32,000 nt of DNA from Dubosiella newyorkensis (lineage in GTDB: Bacteria > Bacillota_I > Bacilli_A > Erysipelotrichales > Erysipelotrichaceae), in NCBI RefSeq assembly GCF_001945605.1, contig NZ_MPKA01000034.1, positions 6,759 through 38,758 of the forward strand, read 5' to 3'. The position numbers and the translations under genes are program-made. This document shows, piece by piece, positions 1 to 8,145 of this stretch; position 1 is the stretch's first letter; each line of letters starts with the position of its first letter. Under the pieces are notes generated by a model. The model searched no databases, was not told where the DNA came from, and was given only the letters and a program-made list of their open reading frames with translations.

Positions 1-955
1 TCCCATAGGATAAGATACAATCGATCAAGATATTGTGAGCGTGCGGGGCTTTATGGGCGTGAAGCCGTCGATACACTAACGAATACGTTTGAGGACCTTG
101 CCCGAACCAAGGATGTTCTTGGATGCCGATCCAGGATGCTTTCCAAATTTTGAGGCGCGATGAAAAAGTCGACATTTGATCAAAGCGCGGTATAAGCTGC
201 GGCTTCCAGCTGATCAAAGCGGCCACGATCCCTTCTAAGAGCAAGGAGACGTAGAACCAGACTTTTTCTTTCGAAAGCAAGAAAAAGAGAGGGATGATGA
301 TCACGAAAGGCAATATAGCCGTCCTACAGCCAGTTAAATACAGCATAAACAAATTGAGGAAGCCAGTTCCAATATAAAAGGCTCGATGGATCGCTTTTTT
401 ATGAACGATAAAGCTATAGATACAAAAACAAAGGACAAATTCGATCATCGTCGCATAAAAATTCGCGTTATAAAAAGTAGCGGCGATTCGATCCTTCGGT
501 TTATTCATGACCACAAAATCAAAAAAAGGATTCCCTAGACGTTTTGATATCCCATAAAATTCAACGAGTCCATAGATCGCGCATAGCCAAGATAGAAGCA
601 AGACTTCGAGGATGATCATTTGAAAAAGTCTCATCGACAAAGCGCTTCGATAATAGGCGATAAATAAACCGATCAACAAAAAGCCAAAAACATTCAGCAA
701 GCCGATCCAATTTTGATTGACGATCGATACGATGCATTCGAGGCCCACAAAGCTATAAAGCCATAATGCGCCTGGCTGATCCTTGATCCAAGCAAAGGAG
801 CCCGTTTTGATCCATTCGTAAGCCAGGATCACTACGAGAAAAGCGCCACCGATCTGAAAGGGTAAAAACAAACAAAAAGTCGCGAACAAGATCGATCGTT
901 CTTGTTTGTTCAATTCATTCCAAGTTTTCTGAAAAGTGTGTAAAATGTTTCCCAT
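1..955 (-). CDS. O-antigen ligase / Wzy_C-like polytopic membrane protein (C-terminal part cut off by window edge)
   Basis: Not in the supplied track because it runs off the window. My minus-strand translation from ATG (955-953) gives MGNILHTFQKTWNELNKQERSILF..., with many hydrophobic spans. The family-typical stretch is present: RLKIWKASWIGIQEHPWFGQGPQTY...HAHNILIDCILSYG. Confidence 0.7.
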   Translation of the reverse strand, partial: MGNILHTFQKTWNELNKQERSILFATFCLFLPFQIGGAFLVVILAYEWIKTGSFAWIKDQPGALWLYSFVGLECIVSIVNQNWIGLLNVFGFLLIGLFIAYYRSALSMRLFQMIILEVLLLSWLCAIYGLVEFYGISKRLGNPFFDFVVMNKPKDRIAATFYNANFYATMIEFVLCFCIYSFIVHKKAIHRAFYIGTGFLNLFMLYLTGCRTAILPFVIIIPLFFLLSKEKVWFYVSLLLEGIVAALISWKPQLIPRFDQMSTFSSRLKIWKASWIGIQEHPWFGQGPQTYSLVYRRLHAHKAPHAHNILIDCILSYG

Positions 956-997
956 GTCTTTTATTATTATCAATTTATAGTAAGAATGCAACTTACG

Positions 998-1023
998 AAA
1001 AAAAGCCTTCCTCACGGAAGACT
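998..1023 (-). terminator. Rho-independent terminator downstream of tRNA-Thr
   Basis: Minus strand reads GTCTTCC-GTGA-GGAAGGC followed by TTTTTTT (A-run 998-1004 on the plus strand). Confidence 0.6.
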
Positions 1024-1035
1024 TTAACGACTTGA

Positions 1036-1111
1036 TGGTGCCGACGATAGGACTTGAACCTACGACCTACGCGTTACGAGTGCGTTGCACTACCAACTGT
1101 GCTACGTCGGC
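1036..1111 (-). tRNA. tRNA-Thr (anticodon CGU)
   Basis: The reverse complement GCCGACGTAGCACAGTTGGTAGTGCAACGCACTCGTAACGCGTAGGTCGTAGGTTCAAGTCCTATCGTCGGCACCA folds as a cloverleaf. It has a 7-bp acceptor stem, GTTCAAGTCC T-arm, CT-CGT-AA anticodon loop and an encoded CCA. Confidence 0.9.
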
Positions 1112-1122
1112 ATCTGTTAGAT

Positions 1123-1151
1123 ATTCTAGCAGATGCCGAGTATATTTTCAA
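1123..1151 (-). promoter_or_regulatory. Sigma-A type promoter for tRNA-Thr
   Basis: Minus strand has TTGAAA (1151-1146), a 17-nt spacer, then TGC-TAGAAT (-10 at 1128-1123, with an extended TGn). The -10 lies 11 nt upstream of the mature tRNA 5' end. Confidence 0.6.
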
Positions 1152-1165
1152 TGCTTAAAACAAAT

Positions 1166-2515
1166 TTATTGAATGGTGTTCAATTCATTTTGATACGCTT
1201 CAATTTGCTGCTGCAAATAAGAGATCGTTTGATTGTTCGTGTCGATCGCTGCCTGCACATCTTCTCCGGCCGCTTGATCTGCGAGCAAGGATGCGTTATA
1301 GGCTTGAGCGTCATTTAATTGCGAAGTCAGTGATTCGATTTGGGCTTCTAAATTTGCCTTGCGTTCTTCTTTAGCTGCTTGTGCTGCTTGATTGGCCGCC
1401 TCTTGATTGGCTGCGTCTTGAGTAGCGAGAAGTGTCGCGAAACTTTGTTGCGACTGTTCGATCGCGATTTGGTCGATCTTTTGTTTGAGGGCGTCCGAGA
1501 GCGCGTTATACCGATCACGATAGTTGACGATATTTGCTTTATCCGCGTCATCTTTTGTCGACCAGTTCGAAATATAGGCTACGAGCTCTTGATATTCTGG
1601 CTTCGTTTCATCCTCTTGCTGTGTCTTCAATTCTTTCATACTAGCAAGCTGACTCGTAAATGGCTGCGTCGTTTGTTCGATAAAATACTCGTTGATCTTT
1701 TTCTTTTGTTTTTCGAGCATCTCGTCATAGCTGGATTCTAGATCGATGATTTCCATTTTCTCCGCTTCTGAAAGCATGTCCCATTCATCCGCGTATTCCA
1801 CAAGTTTTTTGTAGGTCGCTTCTTGTTGCGCGTTGGTGATGTTGTTTGGATCATAAACAGCGACTTTATAGGTATAGCCTCCTAGCAACAGTACGAATAC
1901 GATCACGAACGCGAAGATCTGCTTGCGGTAAGGTTTGAGGTTCTTGATCCATTCAGGGGGTTGTTTCGCTTTTTTTGGAGCTCCCTTTTCTTCTGCTTTC
2001 TTTTGTTCTTCTTTATTTTTTTCCGTTCTAGAGCGGATCGGCTGATCCAAGGCTTTATTTCTTTCTTTTTTGGTTTTTTCCTTTTTCTTTTTAACAGGTT
2101 TGAGATGAGTTGGCTTTTTCGATTCCTCTTTGTTTTTTTGTTCATGATGTTCTATAGAAGTATAGATCGAATTGAGCGCTTCATTGTTTTGGAGAGGATC
2201 TTTTCGGATCGAAGAAGAGGTGAATTCATCGATATCCTTCTCTTCATCAAAATCGGTTTCATTAGCATATTGTTTCTCTTCCTCTTCGATAGGAAGTTGT
2301 CCTCTTTCTTGGCGAAGCAGGTCAAGAGCACTCGAAAGCGTTTTTTCCACTTGTTTTTTTTGGGTCGACGAAAGTGGGCTGCTGTTTTTATTTTCGTTCT
2401 TTTCTTCTGGATATAGAGCCATTTCTGTCTTTTTATGAAGAAGAGCTTTTGCGAAGTCGTCGATCTGCTCTTGATTGTTTTTATTTTCTGGATTAGTGTT
2501 TTTATTCATCTGCAT
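1166..2515 (-). CDS. Hypothetical bitopic membrane protein: Lys/Glu-rich N-terminal half, one TM, duplicated ~58-aa module, Ala/Gln-rich coiled-coil tail
   Basis: 449-aa ORF with a single TM (IFAFVIVFVLLLGGY, aa ~200-214). The GGAGGA SD abuts the first ATG, so the second ATG (2509) is the better-spaced start. No family recognised. Confidence 0.7.
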   Translation of the reverse strand: MQMNKNTNPENKNNQEQIDDFAKALLHKKTEMALYPEEKNENKNSSPLSSTQKKQVEKTLSSALDLLRQERGQLPIEEEEKQYANETDFDEEKDIDEFTSSSIRKDPLQNNEALNSIYTSIEHHEQKNKEESKKPTHLKPVKKKKEKTKKERNKALDQPIRSRTEKNKEEQKKAEEKGAPKKAKQPPEWIKNLKPYRKQIFAFVIVFVLLLGGYTYKVAVYDPNNITNAQQEATYKKLVEYADEWDMLSEAEKMEIIDLESSYDEMLEKQKKKINEYFIEQTTQPFTSQLASMKELKTQQEDETKPEYQELVAYISNWSTKDDADKANIVNYRDRYNALSDALKQKIDQIAIEQSQQSFATLLATQDAANQEAANQAAQAAKEERKANLEAQIESLTSQLNDAQAYNASLLADQAAGEDVQAAIDTNNQTISYLQQQIEAYQNELNTIQ

Positions 2516-2528
2516 TCCTCCGTTTTCT

Positions 2529-2537
2529 ATTCTACCA
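2529..2537 (-). promoter_or_regulatory. Extended -10 element (TGGTAGAAT) upstream of the 449-aa ORF
   Basis: Minus strand reads GAGTATGGTAGAATAGAAAACGGAGGAATG. There is no good -35, and the leader would be very short. Confidence 0.35.
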
Positions 2538-2561
2538 TACTCTCAAAACCAGAATAGAAAT

Positions 2562-2592
2562 AAAAAAACCTGAAATCGATAGACTTCAGGTT
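2562..2592 (-). terminator. Rho-independent terminator downstream of tRNA-Leu
   Basis: Minus strand has AACCTGAA, a 10-nt loop, TTCAGGTT, then TTTTTTT. Confidence 0.65.
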
Positions 2593-2602
2593 AAACTTCA
2601 AA

Positions 2603-2686
2603 TGGTGCGGGCGAAGGGACTCGAACCCCCACGCCGAAGGCGCCAGATCCTAAGTCTGGTGCGTCTGCCAATTTCGCCACGCCCGC
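2603..2686 (-). tRNA. tRNA-Leu (anticodon UAG), type II with long variable arm
   Basis: The reverse complement is GCGGGCGTGGCGAAATTGGCAGACGCACCAGACTTAGGATCTGGCGCCTTCGGCGTGGGGGTTCGAGTCCCTTCGCCCGCACCA. The anticodon stem-loop is CCAGA-CTTAGGA-TCTGG, the variable arm is CGCCTTCGGCG, the T-loop is TTCGAGT, and CCA is encoded. Confidence 0.88.
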
Positions 2687-2697
2687 GTTACTCAAAT

Positions 2698-2726
2698 ATA
2701 ATACCAACTGTTTTCTAAAAAATCAA
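2698..2726 (-). promoter_or_regulatory. Sigma-A type promoter for tRNA-Leu
   Basis: Minus strand has TTGATT (2726-2721), a 17-nt spacer, then TATTAT (2703-2698). The -10 lies ~11 nt upstream of the tRNA 5' end. Confidence 0.6.
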
Positions 2727-2729
2727 GTA

Positions 2730-2975
2730 TTAATGTAGAATTGTTGGATGCATCATATTCTCGATCTCGCATTGCAAATATTCTTCGATCTGCTTGATGT
2801 CTTCTGCGCTGATCTCGATATCCCCAACGATCATATCGTTCATTTTTGGATCGACGACCAAATGCAGCTTCGGGACTTCCATCATCATCTCATCCGATTG
2901 TTCTTCCATTTTCCTCAATATTTCTAAGATCGGCTCGGCGATCGCTCTCAATTCGTCATCTGTAAGCATGTTCAT
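2730..2975 (-). CDS. Small acidic hypothetical protein (81 aa)
   Basis: ORF in the track. The sequence is strongly acidic and Met-rich (MNMLTDDELRAIAEPILEILRKMEEQSDEMMMEV...). No family recognised, and coding status rests only on ORF length and context. Confidence 0.5.
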   Translation of the reverse strand: MNMLTDDELRAIAEPILEILRKMEEQSDEMMMEVPKLHLVVDPKMNDMIVGDIEISAEDIKQIEEYLQCEIENMMHPTILH

Positions 2976-3075
2976 ATTATATCAGGTTTTTTCCCTTCTG
3001 TAACGTCTTTGAAGCATCCTTAAAGAAAAAGAAAGAAAGAACCGTTATACTTTCTTCAAAGAAAGGAAATCTTCC

Positions 3076-3822
3076 ATGAATCCAATTATTCAACAGTGCT
3101 TATATGCCTATTTTTACTTTATCCTCTATTCGTTTGGAGGATGGGTGGTCCAAGGATTGTATGTAGGCTATAAACAACATAAATTCTTGAACACAGGTTT
3201 TTTCCACGGTCCTTACGTCCCTATTTTTGGGGTAGGCTGTCTTTTGATCATCTACATCGTCGATCCTTTGAGCCGAAATCCATTTTTAGTATTTATCAAT
3301 ACATTTTGGATCACGAGCGTGATCGAATACTGGACGAGCTGGTATTTACAGAAAAAATACCATCGTCTTTGGTGGGATTATTCCAACAAGCCATTCAATA
3401 TCCATGGGCGTGTTTGTCTTTTGAATTCAACATTGTATGGGATCGCCGGTCTTGTGATCACGTTTTTTGTCCAACCCTATGTTCAAAGAATGACGATCGA
3501 TATGCCGATCCATGTTTTGATGAGCATAGAATTGATCTGGTCTTCTGTGTTCTGGACCGATGTGATCATAACCAATCTCGAGATGCATCATCATGTGCAA
3601 GCACTCGAAGAGCTACATGAGCATGTGAAACAAGCTTTGGCGGAAAAGAACGAAAAGCTCAAGACCGAATATGTGGAAATGGCAAAACTCAACCTGGAAA
3701 AGATGAAGAAGAATTCTCGCCATCTCAAAGCGTTTGTCCATCAGCGGCTTGAAAATCAATATGAAGAAAGCATCCAGCATTTAGAAAAGCTTCGATCTGA
3801 ACTTCGTCCAAATCAAAAATAA
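3076..3822 (+). CDS. Polytopic membrane protein of the 'putative ABC-transporter type IV' family (PF06541-like) with a charged coiled-coil C-terminal tail
   Basis: Matches my recollection of PF06541: FFHGPYVPIFGVGCLLI, WWDYSNKPFNIHGRVCLLNSTLYGIAG. An AAAGGAAA SD precedes the ATG. The last ~80 aa are E/K/H-rich. Confidence 0.7.
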   Translation: MNPIIQQCLYAYFYFILYSFGGWVVQGLYVGYKQHKFLNTGFFHGPYVPIFGVGCLLIIYIVDPLSRNPFLVFINTFWITSVIEYWTSWYLQKKYHRLWWDYSNKPFNIHGRVCLLNSTLYGIAGLVITFFVQPYVQRMTIDMPIHVLMSIELIWSSVFWTDVIITNLEMHHHVQALEELHEHVKQALAEKNEKLKTEYVEMAKLNLEKMKKNSRHLKAFVHQRLENQYEESIQHLEKLRSELRPNQK

Positions 3823-3830
3823 ATCATTGT

Positions 3831-3869
3831 AAAAAGCTGTCAACAATTCGATTCCGACAGCTTTTTTTT
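3831..3869. terminator. Bidirectional rho-independent terminator between convergent genes
   Basis: AAAAAGCTGTC, a 14-nt loop, GACAGCTTTTTTTT. There is an A-run on one side and a T-run on the other. Confidence 0.65.
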
Positions 3870-3872
3870 GAT

Positions 3873-4814
3873 TCATTCATTACTTTGTTCTACAAAATAC
3901 GAGTACACGATTTCATTCATATCGCCTATGACAACTTCTCCATAATCCCCTAAGACCGTGTCGATCACGATCGCATACGGATGGGTGTTGAAATTGATTC
4001 CTGCCGCATTATACGAATAATCGTATGAGCCATACTTTTGAGGAAAATAAACATTCAAATTTCGATCTAGAAATTCTCCTGGTTTTGATTTTTTTAAATC
4101 TTTGAGCAGCTTTTCAAATTCGTCCTTGTGTGAATAAAAATATTTCAAAATATTTCCCATATTCTTTGGGGTAAATTCATTATCGTATGATATATACTTT
4201 TCATCGATTTTTTGAGTTGGATCGAATTTTTTTAACTCTTTTTTGAAAGCAGGCCATCCCCCTAAGTTCTCGTATAATATATGTGCGGCTGAATTGTCGG
4301 ATTCAATGATCATCGCCTCTAAAAGCTCTTGGATCGATATACTAGAGCCATACTCATAATCGGTTCCTATATGGCCTCCTTCTTCGTAGGTGTCTTCAAG
4401 AAAAACGAGCTCTTCATCGAGCTTGGCTTCTTGATCATTGATTTTTTCGTACCAAACCATCGCTAATGGCAGTTTATAAGTGCTGGCAGCGTAAAAATAG
4501 GTATCCTCATTCGCGCCGATGGAATCGCCTGACAATAAATCGATCACGACATAGCCTACCTCTTGGGCATCGATCTCATTTTCTTTCAAATAATCATCAA
4601 GCTTCTTTTTTAATGGTTGCAGATCTAGGGCTATTTCTTCCTCGCCTATTTTTTGATCTTCTATTTTGGACTCGTGTTCTTGTAAAGCGACCTTTTCACG
4701 GATAACGACTTCCTGTTTTTGGTCTTTTTTGTCTTTTACGAAAAAAAGGGTCAAGAAGGAAAAAAGAACGAGTATCATTAAAACAATGATTCTATTTTTT
4801 TTATTCATTTTCAT
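3873..4814 (-). CDS. Membrane-anchored serine hydrolase, class A beta-lactamase fold
   Basis: N-terminal TM/signal anchor (IIVLMILVLFSFLTLFF). SxxK motif in AASTYKLPL, SDN motif in IIESDNSAA, and a possible KTG variant in QKYGS. Confidence 0.7.
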   Translation of the reverse strand: MKMNKKNRIIVLMILVLFSFLTLFFVKDKKDQKQEVVIREKVALQEHESKIEDQKIGEEEIALDLQPLKKKLDDYLKENEIDAQEVGYVVIDLLSGDSIGANEDTYFYAASTYKLPLAMVWYEKINDQEAKLDEELVFLEDTYEEGGHIGTDYEYGSSISIQELLEAMIIESDNSAAHILYENLGGWPAFKKELKKFDPTQKIDEKYISYDNEFTPKNMGNILKYFYSHKDEFEKLLKDLKKSKPGEFLDRNLNVYFPQKYGSYDYSYNAAGINFNTHPYAIVIDTVLGDYGEVVIGDMNEIVYSYFVEQSNE

Positions 4815-4901
4815 CCCCCTTCTCTTCTTGTAATGATATGATAGTAGTACAAAATTCGTGAAAAAGGAACATTTATCTACAAATTTCTTTCTCTTTTTCT
4901 A

Positions 4902-4910
4902 TGGTATAAT
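4902..4910 (+). promoter_or_regulatory. Extended -10 element (TGGTATAAT) upstream of xpaC-like/telA-like operon
   Basis: Reads TTCTATGGTATAATGAAACAATGAAAGAGGTGAGAATATG. An AGAGGTG SD lies 6 nt before the ATG at 4934. Confidence 0.5.
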
Positions 4911-4933
4911 GAAACAATGAAAGAGGTGAGAAT

Positions 4934-6085
4934 ATGAGTTCACAGCCGGATTGGAAAGATATAGGAAGAAGCTTTTCGCACGCGATGAAAAACGCGATGA
5001 ATACTTTGGATTTCAGCGAACTGAATCAATCGATCGAAAAGACGGTAAAAGCCACCTCTTCCCTGATCAACGATAAGATCCAGTCGTATTCCAAGGCAAA
5101 GCCCAGTTCAATCAAAGCCAAATACAATGTCCAAATCATAAGCGATTTAGAAAAATCGAGCAGCCGAAAATTAAAGATCAATCAGTGGATCAAAAATTTC
5201 GGGATCTTTCTAGTCGCCTTTTCCCTGCTGCTCGTTTTATTATTGCTGGTTTCTTTAGGCCGCTATGCCCTTCCTGGTATTTTAGGCGCGATGTTCATCT
5301 TTATTCCAGGTTTGATCGCTTTGATCGGTGGTACAGGCGGAATGAGCAGCGCGCGGAAAATGATCGCGTATTTAAAAAAATTCCACTTGTATTCTTCTGT
5401 GATCGGAGATCGCTCGATGGCTTCTCTAGATTCCTTATCGGCGATCGTCCCTGAAACAAAAAAAGAAACGATCGCTACACTTAAAGAGATGATCGCGGAT
5501 CGTTTTTTTCTGCAAGGTCATATCAATGAAAAAAAGGAAACGTTTTACGTAACGAATGAAGCGTATGAAGCGAGTCTTCTGCCAAATGTGCCGAATCAAA
5601 AAAGCGCAAAAGAACTTTTTGATGAAGATCCTGAGACGATCCTGCCTCCTGAAGTACGGGAAGTTATCCGACAAGGCGAAGAATCGCTTGTGAAGATCAA
5701 ATACTACAACGAAAAAATTCCTGATCCGATCATCACGCAAAAGCTTTCTGATCTAGAAAACAACATTCGACATATTCTTGGGTATCTTGAAGAGCATCCT
5801 GAAAATGTGGATGATACCAAAAATATGACAAAATATTATCTTCCGACTATCGATAAGCTCTTGGATACGTATATCGAACTGAATGCCTATCCAAATCCGG
5901 GGGAAAATATTCGAAAGTCGAAGAAAGAGATCGAAGATACTCTTGATACGTTGAATTACGCTTTCGCCAAGCTCTACGACGATCTATTCCAAATGACTTC
6001 GATAGAAGTCGCTTCGGATATTTCGGTTTTAGAAACATTGCTTGCGAAGGAAGGATTGACAAAAGAAAAAATAAAAGTTCGATAA
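4934..6085 (+). CDS. xpaC: 5-bromo-4-chloroindolyl phosphate hydrolysis protein (XpaC-like)
   Basis: 383 aa with central TM helices (FGIFLVAFSLLLVLLLLVSL, GILGAMFIFIPGLIALIGG) and a helical C-terminal domain. It sits immediately upstream of a TelA/YaaN homologue, as in the B. subtilis xpaC-yaaN pair. Confidence 0.65.
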   Translation: MSSQPDWKDIGRSFSHAMKNAMNTLDFSELNQSIEKTVKATSSLINDKIQSYSKAKPSSIKAKYNVQIISDLEKSSSRKLKINQWIKNFGIFLVAFSLLLVLLLLVSLGRYALPGILGAMFIFIPGLIALIGGTGGMSSARKMIAYLKKFHLYSSVIGDRSMASLDSLSAIVPETKKETIATLKEMIADRFFLQGHINEKKETFYVTNEAYEASLLPNVPNQKSAKELFDEDPETILPPEVREVIRQGEESLVKIKYYNEKIPDPIITQKLSDLENNIRHILGYLEEHPENVDDTKNMTKYYLPTIDKLLDTYIELNAYPNPGENIRKSKKEIEDTLDTLNYAFAKLYDDLFQMTSIEVASDISVLETLLAKEGLTKEKIKVR

Positions 6086-6105
6086 CGAACAGAAAGGATC
6101 CTCTT

Positions 6106-7281
6106 ATGAGTGAAGAAAACAAAGAAACGATCACATTGACACTTGATCCAGAAAGCGAAGCCACTACAACCGTTTTGACAGAGCCCATTTTAACGTCTCC
6201 AAAACAAGAAATCGAAAAACCATCGGAGCCTCTTGCGGACATCAAGATCGATCCAGGCCTTTTCAATGAACAAGAAATGAAGGCGATCGACGATTTTGCG
6301 CAAAAGATCAACATCAAAGACACGAATCAAATCATTCAATATGGAAGCGCTCCGCAAAAAAAGCTGGCGGATTTCTCAGAAAAAACGTTAGAAAGCGTAA
6401 AAACGAAAGACCTTGGCGAGGTTGGCGAGCTTTTGAGTTCTGTCGTCATCGAGCTAAAAGAAACCGATATCGATGATGAAGAGAAAAAAGGCATTTTCGG
6501 CTTGTTCAATAAAGGAAAAAACAAGTTGGAAGTCATGAAGACCCGTTACGCGAAAGCGGAAACGAATGTAGAAAAAGTGGCTGAAAACTTGGAAAACCAG
6601 CAAGTCGTGCTGATCAAGGACAATGCGATGCTCGATCAAATGTACAACTTGAACGCCCAATATTTTAAAGAGCTTTCGATGTATATTTTAGCAGGAAAGA
6701 AAAAGCTCCAGGAAGTCGAAGCCAAAGATCTTCCAGAAGCAAAAGCCAAGGCGGAAAGGACCCAATTGCCAGAAGACGCCCAAGCCTATCAAGATCTTGT
6801 TTCCTTTGTCGATCGATTTGAGAAAAAACTATACGACCTTGAGCTTTCCAGAATGATCGCGATCCAGACAGCTCCACAATTAAGGATGCTTCAAAGTTCA
6901 AATTCTGTCATGATCGACAAGATCCAAACCACTCTTGTGAATACGATTCCGCTATGGAAAAATCAGCTTGTGCTCGCTTTTGGCTTGAATCACGCTAAGC
7001 AAGCTGCCAAAGCTCAACGCGAAGTTACAAATATGACCAACGAGTTGTTGAAGAAAAACGCCGATACTCTCCATCTTGCCGCCACCGAAACCGCAAAAGA
7101 AACGAATCGGGGCATCGTGGATATCGAGACGCTTCAGCATACCAATGAAAAGCTCATCCAAACCTTTGATGAAGTTCTCCAGATCCAGGCGGAAGGCAGA
7201 AAAAAACGCCAAGAAGCCGAATCTCAAATGTTGGCGATGGAACAACAGCTCAAACAAAAAATGTTGGAAATTCGTCGATAA
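6106..7281 (+). CDS. telA: Toxic anion resistance protein, TelA/YaaN family
   Basis: 391-aa soluble helical protein. The length, adjacency to xpaC, and stretches such as QIIQYGSAPQKKLADFSEKTLESVKTKDLGEVGELL and LSRMIAIQTAPQLRMLQ are typical of TelA family members. Confidence 0.75.
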   Translation: MSEENKETITLTLDPESEATTTVLTEPILTSPKQEIEKPSEPLADIKIDPGLFNEQEMKAIDDFAQKINIKDTNQIIQYGSAPQKKLADFSEKTLESVKTKDLGEVGELLSSVVIELKETDIDDEEKKGIFGLFNKGKNKLEVMKTRYAKAETNVEKVAENLENQQVVLIKDNAMLDQMYNLNAQYFKELSMYILAGKKKLQEVEAKDLPEAKAKAERTQLPEDAQAYQDLVSFVDRFEKKLYDLELSRMIAIQTAPQLRMLQSSNSVMIDKIQTTLVNTIPLWKNQLVLAFGLNHAKQAAKAQREVTNMTNELLKKNADTLHLAATETAKETNRGIVDIETLQHTNEKLIQTFDEVLQIQAEGRKKRQEAESQMLAMEQQLKQKMLEIRR

Positions 7282-7288
7282 CACGCTA

Positions 7289-7320
7289 CCGCAAAACCTT
7301 AGGTTTTGCGGTTTTATTTT
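7289..7320 (+). terminator. Rho-independent terminator after telA-like gene
   Basis: CCGCAAAACC-TTA-GGTTTTGCGG followed by TTTTATTTT. Confidence 0.75.
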
Positions 7321-7323
7321 AAT

Positions 7324-7352
7324 AAAAAAAGAGATGTCCATTGAACATCTCT
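7324..7352 (-). terminator. Rho-independent terminator after the ABC importer operon
   Basis: Minus strand has AGAGATGT, a 7-nt loop, ACATCTCT, then TTTTTTT. It overlaps the ATPase stop codon. Confidence 0.65.
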
Positions 7353-8145
7353 AAATCAAAACAGCTCGATCATCACTGAATTCCGCTCCAGAAGCTTCTT
7401 GGAACTTTTGATGGAGCATTTCAACTGTTAATTTTTTCTTCTCTTCATCACGAACGTCGAAAATGATCTTTCCGTTATACATCATGATCAAACGATTTCC
7501 GATCTGGATCGCATCCTTCATATTATGGGTGATCATGATCGTCGTTAAATTTTGTTCTTCTACGATCTCTTTTGTCAAATCAAGAACTTTCTTTGCCGTC
7601 AATGGATCGAGGGCCGCTGTGTGCTCATCCAAAAGCAGCAGTTTTGGACGCTGTAAAGTCGCCATCAGTAGCGTCAGCGCTTGACGCTGACCTCCAGAAA
7701 GAAGACCGACCTTCGTGCTCATTCGATTCTCTAAGCCCAGTCCTAAGCGCTGCAATTCCTTTTGATAATCTACGCTTTCTTCTTTTTTACATCCCCAGCG
7801 AAGCGTTCTTGGTTTTCCTCTACGCTTTGCGAGCGCAAGATTCTCTGTGATCATCATATCCGCTGCTGTTCCCATCAAAGGATCTTGGAAAACACGACCA
7901 ATTTGTTTGGCACGTTTGAATTCTGGTTGTTGCGAAAGTTCTTCGCCATCCAATAGGATATGTCCAGAATCGATCGGATAGACCCCGGCAATCATATTCA
8001 GCAAAGTCGATTTACCCGCGCCATTTCCTCCGATTACTGTCACAAAGTCGCCATCTTCCAATTTCAAAGAAAGACGATCCAAGGCCTTCTTTTCATTGAC
8101 TGTTCCTATATTGAACGTTTTCGATACATTTTTAATCTCTAGCAT
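7351..8145 (-). CDS. ABC transporter ATP-binding protein (partner of PF04392-type binding protein; KEGG 'putative tryptophan/tyrosine transport system' class)
   Basis: Walker A GGNGAGKST, signature LSGGQRQ, Walker B LLLLDEHTAALD. It overlaps the permease gene by 14 nt. Confidence 0.9.
   Translation of the reverse strand: MLEIKNVSKTFNIGTVNEKKALDRLSLKLEDGDFVTVIGGNGAGKSTLLNMIAGVYPIDSGHILLDGEELSQQPEFKRAKQIGRVFQDPLMGTAADMMITENLALAKRRGKPRTLRWGCKKEESVDYQKELQRLGLGLENRMSTKVGLLSGGQRQALTLLMATLQRPKLLLLDEHTAALDPLTAKKVLDLTKEIVEEQNLTTIMITHNMKDAIQIGNRLIMMYNGKIIFDVRDEEKKKLTVEMLHQKFQEASGAEFSDDRAVLI

Noticed and set aside
1133-2438. Plus-strand ORFs (1133-1318, 1379-1741, 1961-2416, 2172-2438) and the nested minus-strand ORFs 1348-1551 and 1903-2145
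   Set aside because: All lie inside or antisense to the 449-aa minus-strand gene. Their translations are low-complexity F/L/R-rich or K/R-rich mirror images of its Lys/Glu-rich codons. None has an SD.
3306-3620. 104-aa plus-strand ORF nested inside the PF06541-like gene
   Set aside because: It is an alternative frame of a gene whose main frame has clear family motifs and TM periodicity. It has no SD.
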